A stretch of 64,000 nucleotides of DNA, from the IMG/VR virus record IMGVR_UViG_3300045988_072432; one strand, 5' to 3'. The DNA is from a virus. The notes beneath the pieces are model-generated. The model did not search any database. It saw only the letters and a program-made list of their open reading frames with translations, and was not told the origin of the DNA. The position numbers were made by a program, and so were the translations under genes. Below, one piece after another: positions 8,963 through 19,756 of the stretch (position 1 is its first letter; every line of letters starts with the position of its first letter).

Positions 8963-10315
8963 CTATGATATTTTTTGAATATATCTTAAAGTAATAGTCG
9001 GTGGTAACTTTTCGATAGTCAAGGTATCTATCGAAGTCTCTTGTAGGAAAGATTCCCCTATTAAATTCCAACTTACTACAATGGCACCATCTTGAATATC
9101 CTTGGTGGGAGTCCCTCTACCGAAGTCTCCATTTAAACCCGTTTCTCTATTAAAGAAAGATTGGGGTCTAACATTCTCCCAGTTATTGGCATTATCCTGT
9201 TTACCTTTAGATACACCGAGAGCATGCCTATGTCTTGGTAAATCATCGCCTTTCAATTTAATAACAAAGTTACCTTTAGTGGGAGTATAGAAATCCCCAA
9301 TATTCTGTAGCATCATCTCGTCTCCAATTTGAATACCTCCGGCCTGATATCCTATTACTATCCTACCTGAAGCCTTTGTATATTCAGCCCATCCCTCAGG
9401 AATTACATCAGTTTCCCATAAAATTATTGAACCTATGGGTAAACTAGCAGTATTCAAAGAATCAGAGAATTCCTTTCTGAGAGCTTCTAATTGCCCATCG
9501 ATATATTGTTTAATATTTAGTAAATTCCCAGTTTCATCCATCACAGGAAATCCAGTATTTATTTTTTCTACTTGGACTAAAGATTCTTTCATCATACTGT
9601 GAGTAGCAGTAGTATATGGGATCTCCTGGAATTTGCCCTGATATGGTACAATAGAAAAGTTTTCATTTCTCTTAGTCATAGCATCTGTACCCTTACCGTA
9701 TATCCCAATAAGAACAACAGAATTCTTATTATTAGAATAATAAGGGCAAGCAGTCTCTACCATCTCTAGAAGATTACTAAGAGTCATACTATAATCCGAA
9801 TAAATATCATTATTAAGTACATTGGGATTACGATTCTCTTCAGAAATTGGGTAGTATATATCTAGAGATTTTTTATATAACTCATAGAAACTTTCTGAAG
9901 ATTCATTCCAATAAGCTACAAAATCTACTGGATTATCTACGGGTTCGGAGATAGTAGTGTGTACTGCAAACAGTAATACTTCATCGGTGGACCCTTGGGT
10001 TCCCTGAATATTCTCGATGGTCAATGTTTGTTCATCAGAGATAAATATATAGCCATCTCTTGAAATACACCCAAAATTTATATCGGGTAATTCTCCATCT
10101 TCAGAATCTTTAGACATATACCTTGCTGTAATCCTATCCTTAATTACATTAGCAAATTTACTACCAGAAACTCCCTGAGGAGATACAACCAATTTATTAC
10201 CATTTATGGTGGCTGAGCCAAATCCACAGAATGGCCCCAAACCAGAAGGGGCAGCAATTGCTTCGGCTGCTTCCTTAGATTTGATTATACCTTCATACTT
10301 AAAGTACGTTTTCAT
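8963..10315 (-). CDS. tail fibre protein with tail-collar-like C-terminal domain
   Basis: PIGSIILWETDVIPEGWAEY ... LPRHRHAL matches the collar-domain pattern. Last gene of the tail block. Start trimmed to ATG 10315 (MKTYFKYEG); the track start at 10381 lies inside the upstream gene. Confidence 0.65.
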   Translation of the reverse strand: MKTYFKYEGIIKSKEAAEAIAAPSGLGPFCGFGSATINGNKLVVSPQGVSGSKFANVIKDRITARYMSKDSEDGELPDINFGCISRDGYIFISDEQTLTIENIQGTQGSTDEVLLFAVHTTISEPVDNPVDFVAYWNESSESFYELYKKSLDIYYPISEENRNPNVLNNDIYSDYSMTLSNLLEMVETACPYYSNNKNSVVLIGIYGKGTDAMTKRNENFSIVPYQGKFQEIPYTTATHSMMKESLVQVEKINTGFPVMDETGNLLNIKQYIDGQLEALRKEFSDSLNTASLPIGSIILWETDVIPEGWAEYTKASGRIVIGYQAGGIQIGDEMMLQNIGDFYTPTKGNFVIKLKGDDLPRHRHALGVSKGKQDNANNWENVRPQSFFNRETGLNGDFGRGTPTKDIQDGAIVVSWNLIGESFLQETSIDTLTIEKLPPTITLRYIQKIS

Positions 10316-10832
10316 TGTTCTTTGTATTTTTAAAGTTATTCTTTTGTTCTGCCATATCCCTGAAAGCTTCTCCGAGTTCATTAAATTTGAGAGTTAACAT
10401 CTTAAAGATTATCTTCCAGATACTATATTGTTTTTTAATGCCATGTATTTCACATATATGCCCATAGATACTATCTATTTCGAAGCAATAGCATAATATC
10501 ATTATAGTAATGGATACTCCTATGGGATCTACTCCATAGGGTTCTCCAATAGCTTTCCCAATTACAGCCCCAAGTAAGATATAACAAATATAATCAACCA
10601 GCTTATTTAGGGTTCTCCTACCGGCCCTTGACTTTCGAATGACTATATTTTGTACTCTACTTGCAGATATACCAAACCATAAATCTGAAAGTATCAATAT
10701 TATGGCAAGTAATATCATCCACCTAAGGTCATAAATAATTTGGGTACATTCTCCAAATAAACCAATCATTGAAGTCTTGAACAGAGATTGAGCAGTAGTC
10801 TCTGTTACATTGTCTATTGCACTCTTTATCAT
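10299..10832 (-). CDS. holin-like multi-pass membrane protein
   Basis: Three or four hydrophobic helices. LSDLWFGISASR...KSRAGRRTLNKLVDYICYILLGAVIG resembles the phage holin 4_1 family layout. Confidence 0.45.
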   Translation of the reverse strand: MIKSAIDNVTETTAQSLFKTSMIGLFGECTQIIYDLRWMILLAIILILSDLWFGISASRVQNIVIRKSRAGRRTLNKLVDYICYILLGAVIGKAIGEPYGVDPIGVSITIMILCYCFEIDSIYGHICEIHGIKKQYSIWKIIFKMLTLKFNELGEAFRDMAEQKNNFKNTKNNENVL

Positions 10833-13291
10833 ACTTCTTCAATTTTCCACATTTGATTACTATAAGTGGTAATGGTAAATGTCTTCTCAGAAGTGTCATC
10901 TGATTCCCATTCCAACTTTTGAGGATTAACGCTTAATAAGTCAGCATCTACTACCGTAAACTTAGCCCGTACCGAAGTATCGGCAACTGATTCAAAAATG
11001 TATTCTCCAGCGGTAGCCGTAGTAAATTCATATCCGGCTCCACCAGCATCAAAAGTAGTTACTTTGCCAACTTGTCTAACTCTACTATCGAATTCAGCTT
11101 TATTAGAACTACACCTAATTAAACAATATACTTGTTTAATGGTACCCTTTAATTCGGCATAACTTGGGTTAACGGTTAATTCTATAATAGTAGGGTAATC
11201 TTCCAATATTACTTGACACCTTAATGAAGAACCATCATCTGCCACAAAAGTATAAGTACCTGCTTTAGTTAATACAATCTCGGATTCAAGATTATAGGTT
11301 TCCCCAGTTTCATCACAAGTTGCAGTACCACTTACATTGACCCCGTTTTTCATTTCTTCAAGGCTAAATTTACAAGCTGATACTTCATCCAATAACTGAT
11401 ATACTGCATAAGTATCATCAATTTGGCTTTCGGGTAATGACCAGTTAGGTTCTTTCCACTTTGAATCTGAAGGATCTGAAGGAACTATCTTTAGTTTGTT
11501 CTGATATACAACTGGGGTATTCTTAACTACCCAAGTAGTCTTTGCAGTTGGGTAGGCTACAGATTGGAAAGTATAAGTACCTGCTCTATTAGTAGTATAT
11601 ATATACCCATTTTTAGCATTGAAGGTTTCCCCAGTTTCTACTACTTTAACTCGGTAATCATCGCCATTACCTGAAATACATTGTATTATCACGGTAGTTT
11701 TTGCAGACCCGTTATATAGAGTAGATGTAGGTGGATTAATACTGATCCTATATACAGCAGTTTTACCTGAAACTACTTCAAAGATACCTACACCTTCATC
11801 TGTTTCCCTTTTATCTAAAGTACATTTGAATTTATAAGTACCATAACTGTTAGCAATAAATTTATCGCCATTCTTGAAAGTCTTAGGGTTACCTATTAAT
11901 CTACAATATAATTCTCCAGTAAATGACTCTGGGTAATTTGAAGTTATGGTTAAGGTAGTAACTGCATCCCTCATGGTTTGATTATTTCCAACTCTAAATT
12001 CGGAAGGGGTACATCTTACCTTATAAGTAACTTCTTCTTGGGTTACTACAAATGAAGTTTGTTTTACAGGAAATTCCACAATCTCAAAAAAGTAAGTACC
12101 GGGTTTTGTAAATTCCCAAGTTGAGCCCGATATTTTTACTTGATCGGTACCCACTAATCGAACATTACAAAGTTTCTCTGTCCCTTTATAGGATACTCTA
12201 GCTATCACCCTTGTACTAACCTTTAAAGTAGTTGGGGTTATTTTACCAGTTATGGGCTCACAAGAAATAGTATATGAACGGTTATAAGTTTCCTGCCTTA
12301 CGGTAATTTGGGTTATCTTAGAATTATCCCCAACGCTTCGAAAGTAATAAGTACCAGCCCTTGGAATATTAAATACCGAACCACTTTCATGTTTAGTATA
12401 ACCCCAGTTAATTCTATCACTCGATATTTGATATCTCAAATCTGCATTCACCCAATCTGAGGTTACAGTTACCAATACTGGTACTTCATATACTTCTGAA
12501 GTAACTAAGTTGGGTTGGTCTGGGTTTACCAACTCGGCCTTAATCGAATACCCATCATTTACTACAAAACCATAATCTATAGTGAAGGATACGTGATAAG
12601 GTATGAATCTAGTAAAGAAACTTTCTACGGCTTCCCTAAATTTTTTAAAAGCCTCAGAATTAGAAGTATACCCATGACCAGTAAGTTTAAAACTTACGGA
12701 AATACATTGAGAACAATCAAAGGTGTTATCAAAGGTATATTTACTATCGTACTGATAGTATTGGTCAAAGTGGGGATGACCTTTTATCCAACCATCATAC
12801 CCATCGGCTTTTGCTGGGTCTGTTATTACACAGGTTAACCCATATAACCTCATCATGATCTCGAAAAATTCTGATGTACCCCTTATTTTGAAAAGAGATA
12901 CCGAATATCTCAAGATGTTTCTTACCTGAGTACTGGTTAAAGTAAAAGGTCCCTCTTTGGGTATTATCCAAAGCTTTGATAACTCCTGGAGTTTACTATC
13001 CGAGTAGAACCCATTAAAGTACTCTGCCCATTTCTGTGCATCTATCGTGTTCCCATAAGCAAAGGGCATTTCTCCAAGAAATTGCCAAAGGAAATTGAGA
13101 TACATATCTGGGGTTTTATCTATATCGATAATATCCAATATATTCTCAATATCCTTTGTAATATAATCTTCAAAATGCTCTCCACAAATTTCTAGAAACC
13201 TCTCTAAGATGCCTTTACCATTTACCTTATAAGTATCTTGGTCCTTATATTCAAAAGGTAAAAAGTCGATTAAATTTTTGAGGTTTATCAT
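10829..13291 (-). CDS. baseplate-distal / tail-fibre protein (gpI-like N-terminus + about 7 tandem Ig-like domains)
   Basis: Follows the J-like gene. Recurrent strand motif AGTYYFRSV, PGTYFFEIV, YGTYKFKCT, AGTYTFQSV, AGTYTFVAD, AGEYIFESV at roughly 85-95 aa spacing. Confidence 0.6.
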   Translation of the reverse strand: MINLKNLIDFLPFEYKDQDTYKVNGKGILERFLEICGEHFEDYITKDIENILDIIDIDKTPDMYLNFLWQFLGEMPFAYGNTIDAQKWAEYFNGFYSDSKLQELSKLWIIPKEGPFTLTSTQVRNILRYSVSLFKIRGTSEFFEIMMRLYGLTCVITDPAKADGYDGWIKGHPHFDQYYQYDSKYTFDNTFDCSQCISVSFKLTGHGYTSNSEAFKKFREAVESFFTRFIPYHVSFTIDYGFVVNDGYSIKAELVNPDQPNLVTSEVYEVPVLVTVTSDWVNADLRYQISSDRINWGYTKHESGSVFNIPRAGTYYFRSVGDNSKITQITVRQETYNRSYTISCEPITGKITPTTLKVSTRVIARVSYKGTEKLCNVRLVGTDQVKISGSTWEFTKPGTYFFEIVEFPVKQTSFVVTQEEVTYKVRCTPSEFRVGNNQTMRDAVTTLTITSNYPESFTGELYCRLIGNPKTFKNGDKFIANSYGTYKFKCTLDKRETDEGVGIFEVVSGKTAVYRISINPPTSTLYNGSAKTTVIIQCISGNGDDYRVKVVETGETFNAKNGYIYTTNRAGTYTFQSVAYPTAKTTWVVKNTPVVYQNKLKIVPSDPSDSKWKEPNWSLPESQIDDTYAVYQLLDEVSACKFSLEEMKNGVNVSGTATCDETGETYNLESEIVLTKAGTYTFVADDGSSLRCQVILEDYPTIIELTVNPSYAELKGTIKQVYCLIRCSSNKAEFDSRVRQVGKVTTFDAGGAGYEFTTATAGEYIFESVADTSVRAKFTVVDADLLSVNPQKLEWESDDTSEKTFTITTYSNQMWKIEEV

Positions 13292-15009
13292 ACGATTTCG
13301 TTAACGGTTAATGTTAATTGTGAAGCATTCTCGAATACTGGCAAATTAAAGCCAGGGTCTTCATAATCATGGTTTGGTTCAGATACTGTAATAGAATATC
13401 GATAACCTGATTGATAGCTATTGTTTTGGATATCCAATGAGAAATCAAAACCATTAGCTTTATCTATAATCTGAATAGAGCTACCGACTGAGCCAGTAGT
13501 TACATAACCATTAGATACTGAACGTACTGTAAAAGTAGTTGAGGAATTGAAGGTTATGTAGTAAGTCATAGAACCCTTTGCCTTGTTCAATTTAAATTGG
13601 CCAAGGTTTAATTCCTTATTACCATAAATGGTAGTAGGCCAGGGTTTAATATAGAACTTAGTAAGGTGAAGGTAATCTACAGTTGATAGGTTATCTATTA
13701 GGGCATAGATGTCTGATACCCTTACGCTTCCACCTATCTGAGCTTGCTCTGGAGAATAGGCATTGTATAAAGCTGTAAGAATTTGAGTTTGTATCTCGTC
13801 AGTCTTATAAGACTTCTTACCAGTAACATCCATCTCCAGAATAATCTGAACCTTACCTGCAGACTTAACCTTTAACCAAGTAGTCATAGGTGCCCTTTGA
13901 GATAATAGGTTGTATACCCTATTTATTAATTCGGAAGAAGCAACAGCTCCACCATCGGGGCTAATGTATACTGTAAGCTTTCTACCGCATTCATAATCGG
14001 CTTTAGCCTTGTTTACACCATCTACTAACATAGCTAAGCTTTCAAAGTCCTCCTTAGTAATTGCTACTCCCAGAGTCTTTACACTCAAAGGTATATGTTC
14101 CTTGAGCATTGTAAAGTTCTCATAGTTTGAACCTCCTCCAGCATCATAAGCATTACTTACAGTAGCATCAGTGATTGAAGAAGAAATGATTGATGGTACG
14201 GATGTAATAGTATTACTCTTTACGTTACCCTGAGAACCATTGGTTAAATAGAATACTACATTGGTTATCTTTGCACCTGCTGCAGGTTTCTTACCGAAGG
14301 TTCCATCCCCAAACATTATGTAAGGGTTAAGAGCTTCATCTATTGAAACCATAAAGTGTTTATCCGTTGGCTTTGATTTTGCAAAGGTATCTACCAATAC
14401 CCAAGTTTCTCCACCTATCTGTAAAGACATAGAGCCCTGTTCATAGTACTTACCATTAGGCAATGTACCAAGGTGAACTATTACCCTGTCTCCAGTAGGT
14501 ATTAGCATATTATTAAGAGCACTTGCAGTATATTTCTCATGTTGAATTATAGGTACTTTACATGTGGTTACATTTGAATACCAAGTTACATCTCTAGCAG
14601 ATAACCAAGAGTTACCACTGGAATCCGTAAATAGAGTTCCTTGAGGTATGGTTAATTTAGCACCGATAGAATTACCAGTAATACTTCTAGATAAGATTAC
14701 ATCTACCGTAGCAGCAATCGCTGCTCGAGCATGGTAATCTACCAGAGCTCCGTGTTTAACTACCGAATCATACCTTCTTGCAGTAGATAGGAAGGTTTCC
14801 CTTGCCATATTATCTACATAATAGTGGAGTACTTCGGCAATTGCCGCAAACAAAGAGAGGATGATAATTAAGATATTCCCCTCCGAATAATCCGTTATGA
14901 GTTTCTGACCCTGAGGGTCCTTAAGCCCCATAAGGGATTCAACCAGCTTGGCCTTAATCTGTTGATAAGACCTCTGGTATGGGTTAAGCCATTTATTTGT
15001 GATTCCCAT
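13288..15009 (-). CDS. baseplate J-like protein (P2 gpJ / T4 gp6 family)
   Basis: N-terminal YSEGNILIIILSLFAAIAEVLHYYVDNMARETFLSTA pattern typical of Baseplate_J. Position directly after the gp25-like gene. Confidence 0.75.
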   Translation of the reverse strand: MGITNKWLNPYQRSYQQIKAKLVESLMGLKDPQGQKLITDYSEGNILIIILSLFAAIAEVLHYYVDNMARETFLSTARRYDSVVKHGALVDYHARAAIAATVDVILSRSITGNSIGAKLTIPQGTLFTDSSGNSWLSARDVTWYSNVTTCKVPIIQHEKYTASALNNMLIPTGDRVIVHLGTLPNGKYYEQGSMSLQIGGETWVLVDTFAKSKPTDKHFMVSIDEALNPYIMFGDGTFGKKPAAGAKITNVVFYLTNGSQGNVKSNTITSVPSIISSSITDATVSNAYDAGGGSNYENFTMLKEHIPLSVKTLGVAITKEDFESLAMLVDGVNKAKADYECGRKLTVYISPDGGAVASSELINRVYNLLSQRAPMTTWLKVKSAGKVQIILEMDVTGKKSYKTDEIQTQILTALYNAYSPEQAQIGGSVRVSDIYALIDNLSTVDYLHLTKFYIKPWPTTIYGNKELNLGQFKLNKAKGSMTYYITFNSSTTFTVRSVSNGYVTTGSVGSSIQIIDKANGFDFSLDIQNNSYQSGYRYSITVSEPNHDYEDPGFNLPVFENASQLTLTVNEIV

Positions 15010-15010
15010 A

Positions 15011-15436
15011 TTATTGTGTATTTAATGAATTATCTGACTTATCATAGGTGATATCGAGGTACTGACTAGAATTTGTTCCATTTATTACATAAGCTACTTC
15101 TATGTGTATTTTTGCATCAACTCTAGTAACTGTGATATTTTGGAAGGTTATTCTCTGTTCCCATGCACCTATGGCTTGTTTTAAAAACTCTTTAATTATA
15201 AAACTTAGGGCTTGTGAGTTTGGTTCCTCAATACATTGCCATAGTTTACTACCAAAGTTTTCCTGTCGGAATCTTTGACCTATCATGTAATATAATATCG
15301 AACTTATATTATCCCGGATAAGTTTAAAATCCCCGTTTACTGGGTACCAACCTCTTTCCCCATTTTCATTAGTTGTAAGTTGGATAGGATAAGTTACACC
15401 TATACCAACTAAGTCTGTAAAGTAATTCTTTTCCAT
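15011..15436 (-). CDS. baseplate wedge protein gp25 / gpW-like
   Basis: IRDNISSILYYMIGQRFRQENFGSKLWQCIEEPN matches the GPW_gp25 signature. Confidence 0.7.
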   Translation of the reverse strand: MEKNYFTDLVGIGVTYPIQLTTNENGERGWYPVNGDFKLIRDNISSILYYMIGQRFRQENFGSKLWQCIEEPNSQALSFIIKEFLKQAIGAWEQRITFQNITVTRVDAKIHIEVAYVINGTNSSQYLDITYDKSDNSLNTQ

Positions 15437-16158
15437 TAGTGTATGCAGGTTTTATCCTCATAATCGTCTACGACGAATTGTGAGAAAGGTTTAGTTATTT
15501 GAGTTGGGGTTGGGCCTGATGAACCAGGTCCCGTAGTTACACCAGAGTGTACATGAGAATTGAACATATTTCGAAGTTGTTCTAGTTCCTTAACCGTTTG
15601 ATTTAATTTCTCGGTTAATTGGAATATATTGATTACTCCACCATTCTCACCCGTATTTAATATTACTGAATCCCCAGAAGATACATTAATATCCTTTTCA
15701 GATGATATCACTATATTAGCTTCGGAAGATACAACTATGTTACCATTGAAATAAAGGTTTAATGTACCATTATCATCATCTATTACAATGAGATTGCCCT
15801 CAGGAGTAACTATACCCATTTTGTTTGGGCCATCTAACGGTTGTGGTACTTGGTTAATTCCCCAACCATGATATTCCCATAGAGGTTTAGTGGGGTCACC
15901 GTATTCAAAGGTAATAAATACTATATCTCCTATTTTGGGAGTTAAAAATTTGAACCCGCCACTAATAGAACCATGTTGACCTTTTGGGTAAGCCCATGCA
16001 GTAGTACCACCCATCACTTCGGGGATACATACCTCAACCCGATTCATTTTCTTTTCGGTATCACTGTTATTAACAACTATACCTCGATATACAGAGTAAT
16101 ATCTACCGATGCCCTCTATACCTTCTTCTGTTATTATCTTTGCAGTTTCATAACCCAT
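15436..16158 (-). CDS. baseplate central spike / gpV-like (gp5 OB-fold)
   Basis: YRGIVVNNSD...RVEVCIPEVMGG..WAYP...IGDIVFITFEYGDPTKPLW, plus a repetitive C-terminal beta-helix-like segment (NIVVSSEANIVISSEKDINVSSGDSVILN). Confidence 0.7.
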   Translation of the reverse strand: MGYETAKIITEEGIEGIGRYYSVYRGIVVNNSDTEKKMNRVEVCIPEVMGGTTAWAYPKGQHGSISGGFKFLTPKIGDIVFITFEYGDPTKPLWEYHGWGINQVPQPLDGPNKMGIVTPEGNLIVIDDDNGTLNLYFNGNIVVSSEANIVISSEKDINVSSGDSVILNTGENGGVINIFQLTEKLNQTVKELEQLRNMFNSHVHSGVTTGPGSSGPTPTQITKPFSQFVVDDYEDKTCIH

Positions 16159-16160
16159 AA

Positions 16161-18062
16161 CTACTTCACCTCCTTATTTTTAATATATTCTTTAAATCTC
16201 CTTAAGGCTACTTCCATGTAATCAAACTTAACCCAATAATCATCTGGTACTTGAATATCTTTAATAGTTATCTTACCTGGTAATACCTTACCCGAAGAAG
16301 TAGTTAAACTACCAGAGGTTATAGCTATACCCTCAGCTTTTTCTATTGGAGTCTTAGCTAATACTTCCGTATAATAAGCTTTCTTTCTAAGAAGTTCATC
16401 CTTACGCTTATGGTCGAGTACATTGCCTTCTTTATCCATAATACCGGATTCTATGAAGTAAGCTACCTCATTATAAGTCCAGCTTAAATCTAATTCTCTG
16501 GAATTACTCAAAGCTTTCTTATCCTGGCCCTTAGAAGTTTTAGCATTAGCTTTAGCATCATTAGCTACTACCGATTGAGTAGATAATCCAAGTTTAGCAG
16601 TAGTAGAACCTGCTCTACTAGAATTTCTAACTAATTCTAAACTAGTTATATACCCTTGACCTGGATCCATTGAATGAGTACACTGTTTTATATACCAGGG
16701 CCCAGACCATCGTTTACCAACATTTTCAAGAATAATTACTTGAGAAGTGGCTAATAAAGGTCTTCCCACTACCTGCATCTGACATATGAGTTTACTCTCA
16801 GTATGTTTCAAACCACCATTGGCATTTGCATTAGCTGCCCAAGCCCATTTATCAATTCCTCCATATCTACTGAATAGATTGCTATACAGTTTATATAAGG
16901 GTACCTCTACATCGGCTTTCTTCCAATGCTGGACTTTTACAGTAACACTGTATATACCTAAGCTCTTATTTAAGGGGTTCTTATATTTGATGACCGGAGT
17001 ATCATCTATGACCATAGTATAAGGGCCTTTCTTTAAAGCTGAGATACCACGATAGACACTTTCCTCATCTTCCAATCCCCAAGCAGTAGCTCCTCCTTTA
17101 GGTGTATGCTCTGGGTCATAATCTCTTGGGTCAACATCCTCTATTACCATATACTCCATCTGTTCCTTACCTTCAAATAAGTATCTGGTATCTTTAAGGA
17201 TATTGTATAAATCCTCTTTTAAATTCTGGCCGTTAGTAACATTCTTAAGAGCAGCATTCAATGCAGCTCTCCTGTCAGAAGGAAACTCTTCCTTCTGTAT
17301 AGTCTTATTAATAATGCTACGTACCTGATCTGTACTGAGTTCATTAAGGAATTTCTCTTTACCTTGCCGATAAGCTTCAGCAGGATTAGCTGCTGAATAC
17401 TCTGCTACATCTGAATTCCATTCATCATTCAACTGCCTTCTAGCTTCTATAGCAGCAATAAGGTTTGGATCCGTCTTTAGAGCATGGTTGATTTGCATTT
17501 GCCTAATCGTGGGGATATCAGCTGGGTTATTCTCAGCACCATATTTGCCAACGGAGGTATGCCAATTCTTATAATAAACTCCATTGTTCTCATTAGCTTT
17601 TATCTCAGGTAATTTTTCCTCATCATCAATTCCCGTACTTAGTACTTCGAGGTCTTTACTTTCTGGATTCACTACTGGAGATAGGGTAGCTTTAACTCGT
17701 TTAGTTACCTTTTGAGTAGAAAAATGGACACTTAATACTTCTCCATTCTCTCCCTGATAGGTATAAGTAGTTACCGGCTCTTCATGAAACTTCCTATTAT
17801 GAATATAAATAACCCCATCTCTAGAATCTATATACCATGGTCCATTAGTATACCCTTTCATCTTTTGTTCTAATTGAACCAAGATATTTTTACCGATTAA
17901 CCCAAAGTCACTATCTATTAAAGCTTTTAAATCTTCTGGCATTGCTACTTCTGCTACTCCACTGTAACGGTTAGCATAGAGTACTTTTCCAGTAGTAGTA
18001 CGTACATGTTCTGTAGGCACTTGTAGTGACTCATATACTTTATTACTAATTTGTTGTTCCAT
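16161..18062 (-). CDS. baseplate hub-position protein (gpD / gp27-like by position)
   Basis: 633 aa from ATG 18062 (MEQQISNKVY), which shares one nt with the upstream stop (TAATG). Lies between the LysM/X gene and the spike. No diagnostic motif. Confidence 0.45.
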   Translation of the reverse strand: MEQQISNKVYESLQVPTEHVRTTTGKVLYANRYSGVAEVAMPEDLKALIDSDFGLIGKNILVQLEQKMKGYTNGPWYIDSRDGVIYIHNRKFHEEPVTTYTYQGENGEVLSVHFSTQKVTKRVKATLSPVVNPESKDLEVLSTGIDDEEKLPEIKANENNGVYYKNWHTSVGKYGAENNPADIPTIRQMQINHALKTDPNLIAAIEARRQLNDEWNSDVAEYSAANPAEAYRQGKEKFLNELSTDQVRSIINKTIQKEEFPSDRRAALNAALKNVTNGQNLKEDLYNILKDTRYLFEGKEQMEYMVIEDVDPRDYDPEHTPKGGATAWGLEDEESVYRGISALKKGPYTMVIDDTPVIKYKNPLNKSLGIYSVTVKVQHWKKADVEVPLYKLYSNLFSRYGGIDKWAWAANANANGGLKHTESKLICQMQVVGRPLLATSQVIILENVGKRWSGPWYIKQCTHSMDPGQGYITSLELVRNSSRAGSTTAKLGLSTQSVVANDAKANAKTSKGQDKKALSNSRELDLSWTYNEVAYFIESGIMDKEGNVLDHKRKDELLRKKAYYTEVLAKTPIEKAEGIAITSGSLTTSSGKVLPGKITIKDIQVPDDYWVKFDYMEVALRRFKEYIKNKEVK

Positions 18063-18553
18063 TATTGAAATATTTCTATGATTACCCCAGTTCCATTCTC
18101 GCATCCCTTATCTAGATAAGCCGATAAACTATTTCCTGGAGATTCAGAAAAATTGTATGGCGGCTGAAATCTTAAATCTCCGATAGAATCAATACACTTA
18201 ATAGTTACATGAGTACCTGTGGAATCAAATCTAGCTTCAAAATCTCTAACCTTGATTGTTTTGATGGGCCCAGATATAAATTGCCCATCTGGATATATAT
18301 ATCCCCACTGTAGACATATTACACTACCCTCTTGTAAAGAGTCTATATCTACAGTATCTGGGTCACCAGTATCAAAGGTTATAGTAGCTAAATTTTCCTT
18401 TTCTTCATCATACCTATAATTCCATGTACTAATATAAGCTCCAAGAGGTATGCCAGTAATGGGATTCACTATTGGCATACCTCTAAAATCAAACAAAGCC
18501 AGGTAGGGTTGTCCCATACCATTATATAAGATGGGTTTCTGTTTAGCTGCCAT
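18062..18553 (-). CDS. tail/baseplate protein, unknown role
   Basis: 163-aa ORF translationally coupled to both neighbours. Confidence 0.45.
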   Translation of the reverse strand: MAAKQKPILYNGMGQPYLALFDFRGMPIVNPITGIPLGAYISTWNYRYDEEKENLATITFDTGDPDTVDIDSLQEGSVICLQWGYIYPDGQFISGPIKTIKVRDFEARFDSTGTHVTIKCIDSIGDLRFQPPYNFSESPGNSLSAYLDKGCENGTGVIIEIFQ

Positions 18554-18833
18554 AAGAAGGTATTCTTATAAGGGTTCCACTTTCTAATTCTTTAAAAGGA
18601 TTTAGTATACCATTAGCCTCAGCAATAATATACCATTTCCCAGAATCTCCGTAATACCTAAAAGCTATATTCTGAAGAGTTTCTCCATCCTTAACCGTAT
18701 GCTGAATATCATTTGAGGATGAAGGAACTGAGGGGATAGGAGCTTCTAGGGAATAATCTCCATCTCCATAGTTTAGAGCATAGGCATTTTTATAAGGGCT
18801 ATCTCCAACCAGATATTGATTAACATCTATCAT
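18543..18833 (-). CDS. LysM-domain tail protein (P2 gpX-like)
   Basis: HTVKDGETLQNIAFRYYGDSGKWYIIAEANGILNP...GTLIRIP is a LysM motif. Size and position match gpX. Confidence 0.75.
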   Translation of the reverse strand: MIDVNQYLVGDSPYKNAYALNYGDGDYSLEAPIPSVPSSSNDIQHTVKDGETLQNIAFRYYGDSGKWYIIAEANGILNPFKELESGTLIRIPSYGS

Positions 18834-19744
18834 AATTTAATACCCTCCGTCTTTTTAAGTGAATCTGAATTTATAAAGTCTCCATAGGATAAGTTATATG
18901 CACTTACTCTCTTGAATATTAATTCTTGAGTAGCTGCTGCAGGTAATAACCTACCATTTCCAAAAGTAGCGGGTTTCCCAGGAACCCTAATCCTACTGCC
19001 ATTCTGAAAATTTTTCAAAGTATAAGTAGCCGAAGTAATAATGTAGTAGTGATTATTGAATATACCCGAATCCCCCCATTCTATCTTAACAATCGGAGGA
19101 GCCGATTGATAGCCATTAGATTTAGACCAAGCTTCCAATAACCTACATTTATTTAATACCTCTTCTGGATTATTAGGGTCATTACAGTACCAAGATACAT
19201 TAAATTGGATTATATCCTCAGACCCAGTATAATGATACATAGGAGTATTACGTCCCATGGACTTAATAGTTGCCCATGTGGTTTCACCCCGAAAGTCCAA
19301 TTCTGGAGGTCTATTCTGTAGAGTAATATACTGTGTAGGATTAGCGATCAAATTATATATCCTTACCTGATTCTGATATTTAATATCTGATTTGACTTCG
19401 AAGTTCCTATAATTGGTTGTGTTCTTATTCCCTTTTGCTGGGTCTACTCCTTCCCCCTCTTCCATTCGGGGGAATTGTAATTCCATCCTCCACTTAGCTT
19501 GAAGCTGTTTATTTAATGTAGGATTCTTTGAAGATATCTGAGCCTCTCCCACAACCCCATTAGGGTCATAGAGTTTACCCTTTAGAGCATCATCTTTTGG
19601 AAGTGTGGATGTAGTCCTATTGAGTAATATCCTGGCTCTCCATAGTTTATTTAGGGGACCCGTAAGAACCCCTGCGGTATCCCTCGTAAGATCATTATAT
19701 TTTTCAACAACCTTACCTGCTGCTTTATTTAATATCCTAGCCAT
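18830..19744 (-). CDS. tail protein directly downstream of tape measure (DNA-circulation / gpU-position)
   Basis: Position only. Confidence 0.4.
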   Translation of the reverse strand: MARILNKAAGKVVEKYNDLTRDTAGVLTGPLNKLWRARILLNRTTSTLPKDDALKGKLYDPNGVVGEAQISSKNPTLNKQLQAKWRMELQFPRMEEGEGVDPAKGNKNTTNYRNFEVKSDIKYQNQVRIYNLIANPTQYITLQNRPPELDFRGETTWATIKSMGRNTPMYHYTGSEDIIQFNVSWYCNDPNNPEEVLNKCRLLEAWSKSNGYQSAPPIVKIEWGDSGIFNNHYYIITSATYTLKNFQNGSRIRVPGKPATFGNGRLLPAAATQELIFKRVSAYNLSYGDFINSDSLKKTEGIKL

Positions 19745-19756
19745 AGTATCTTAATT

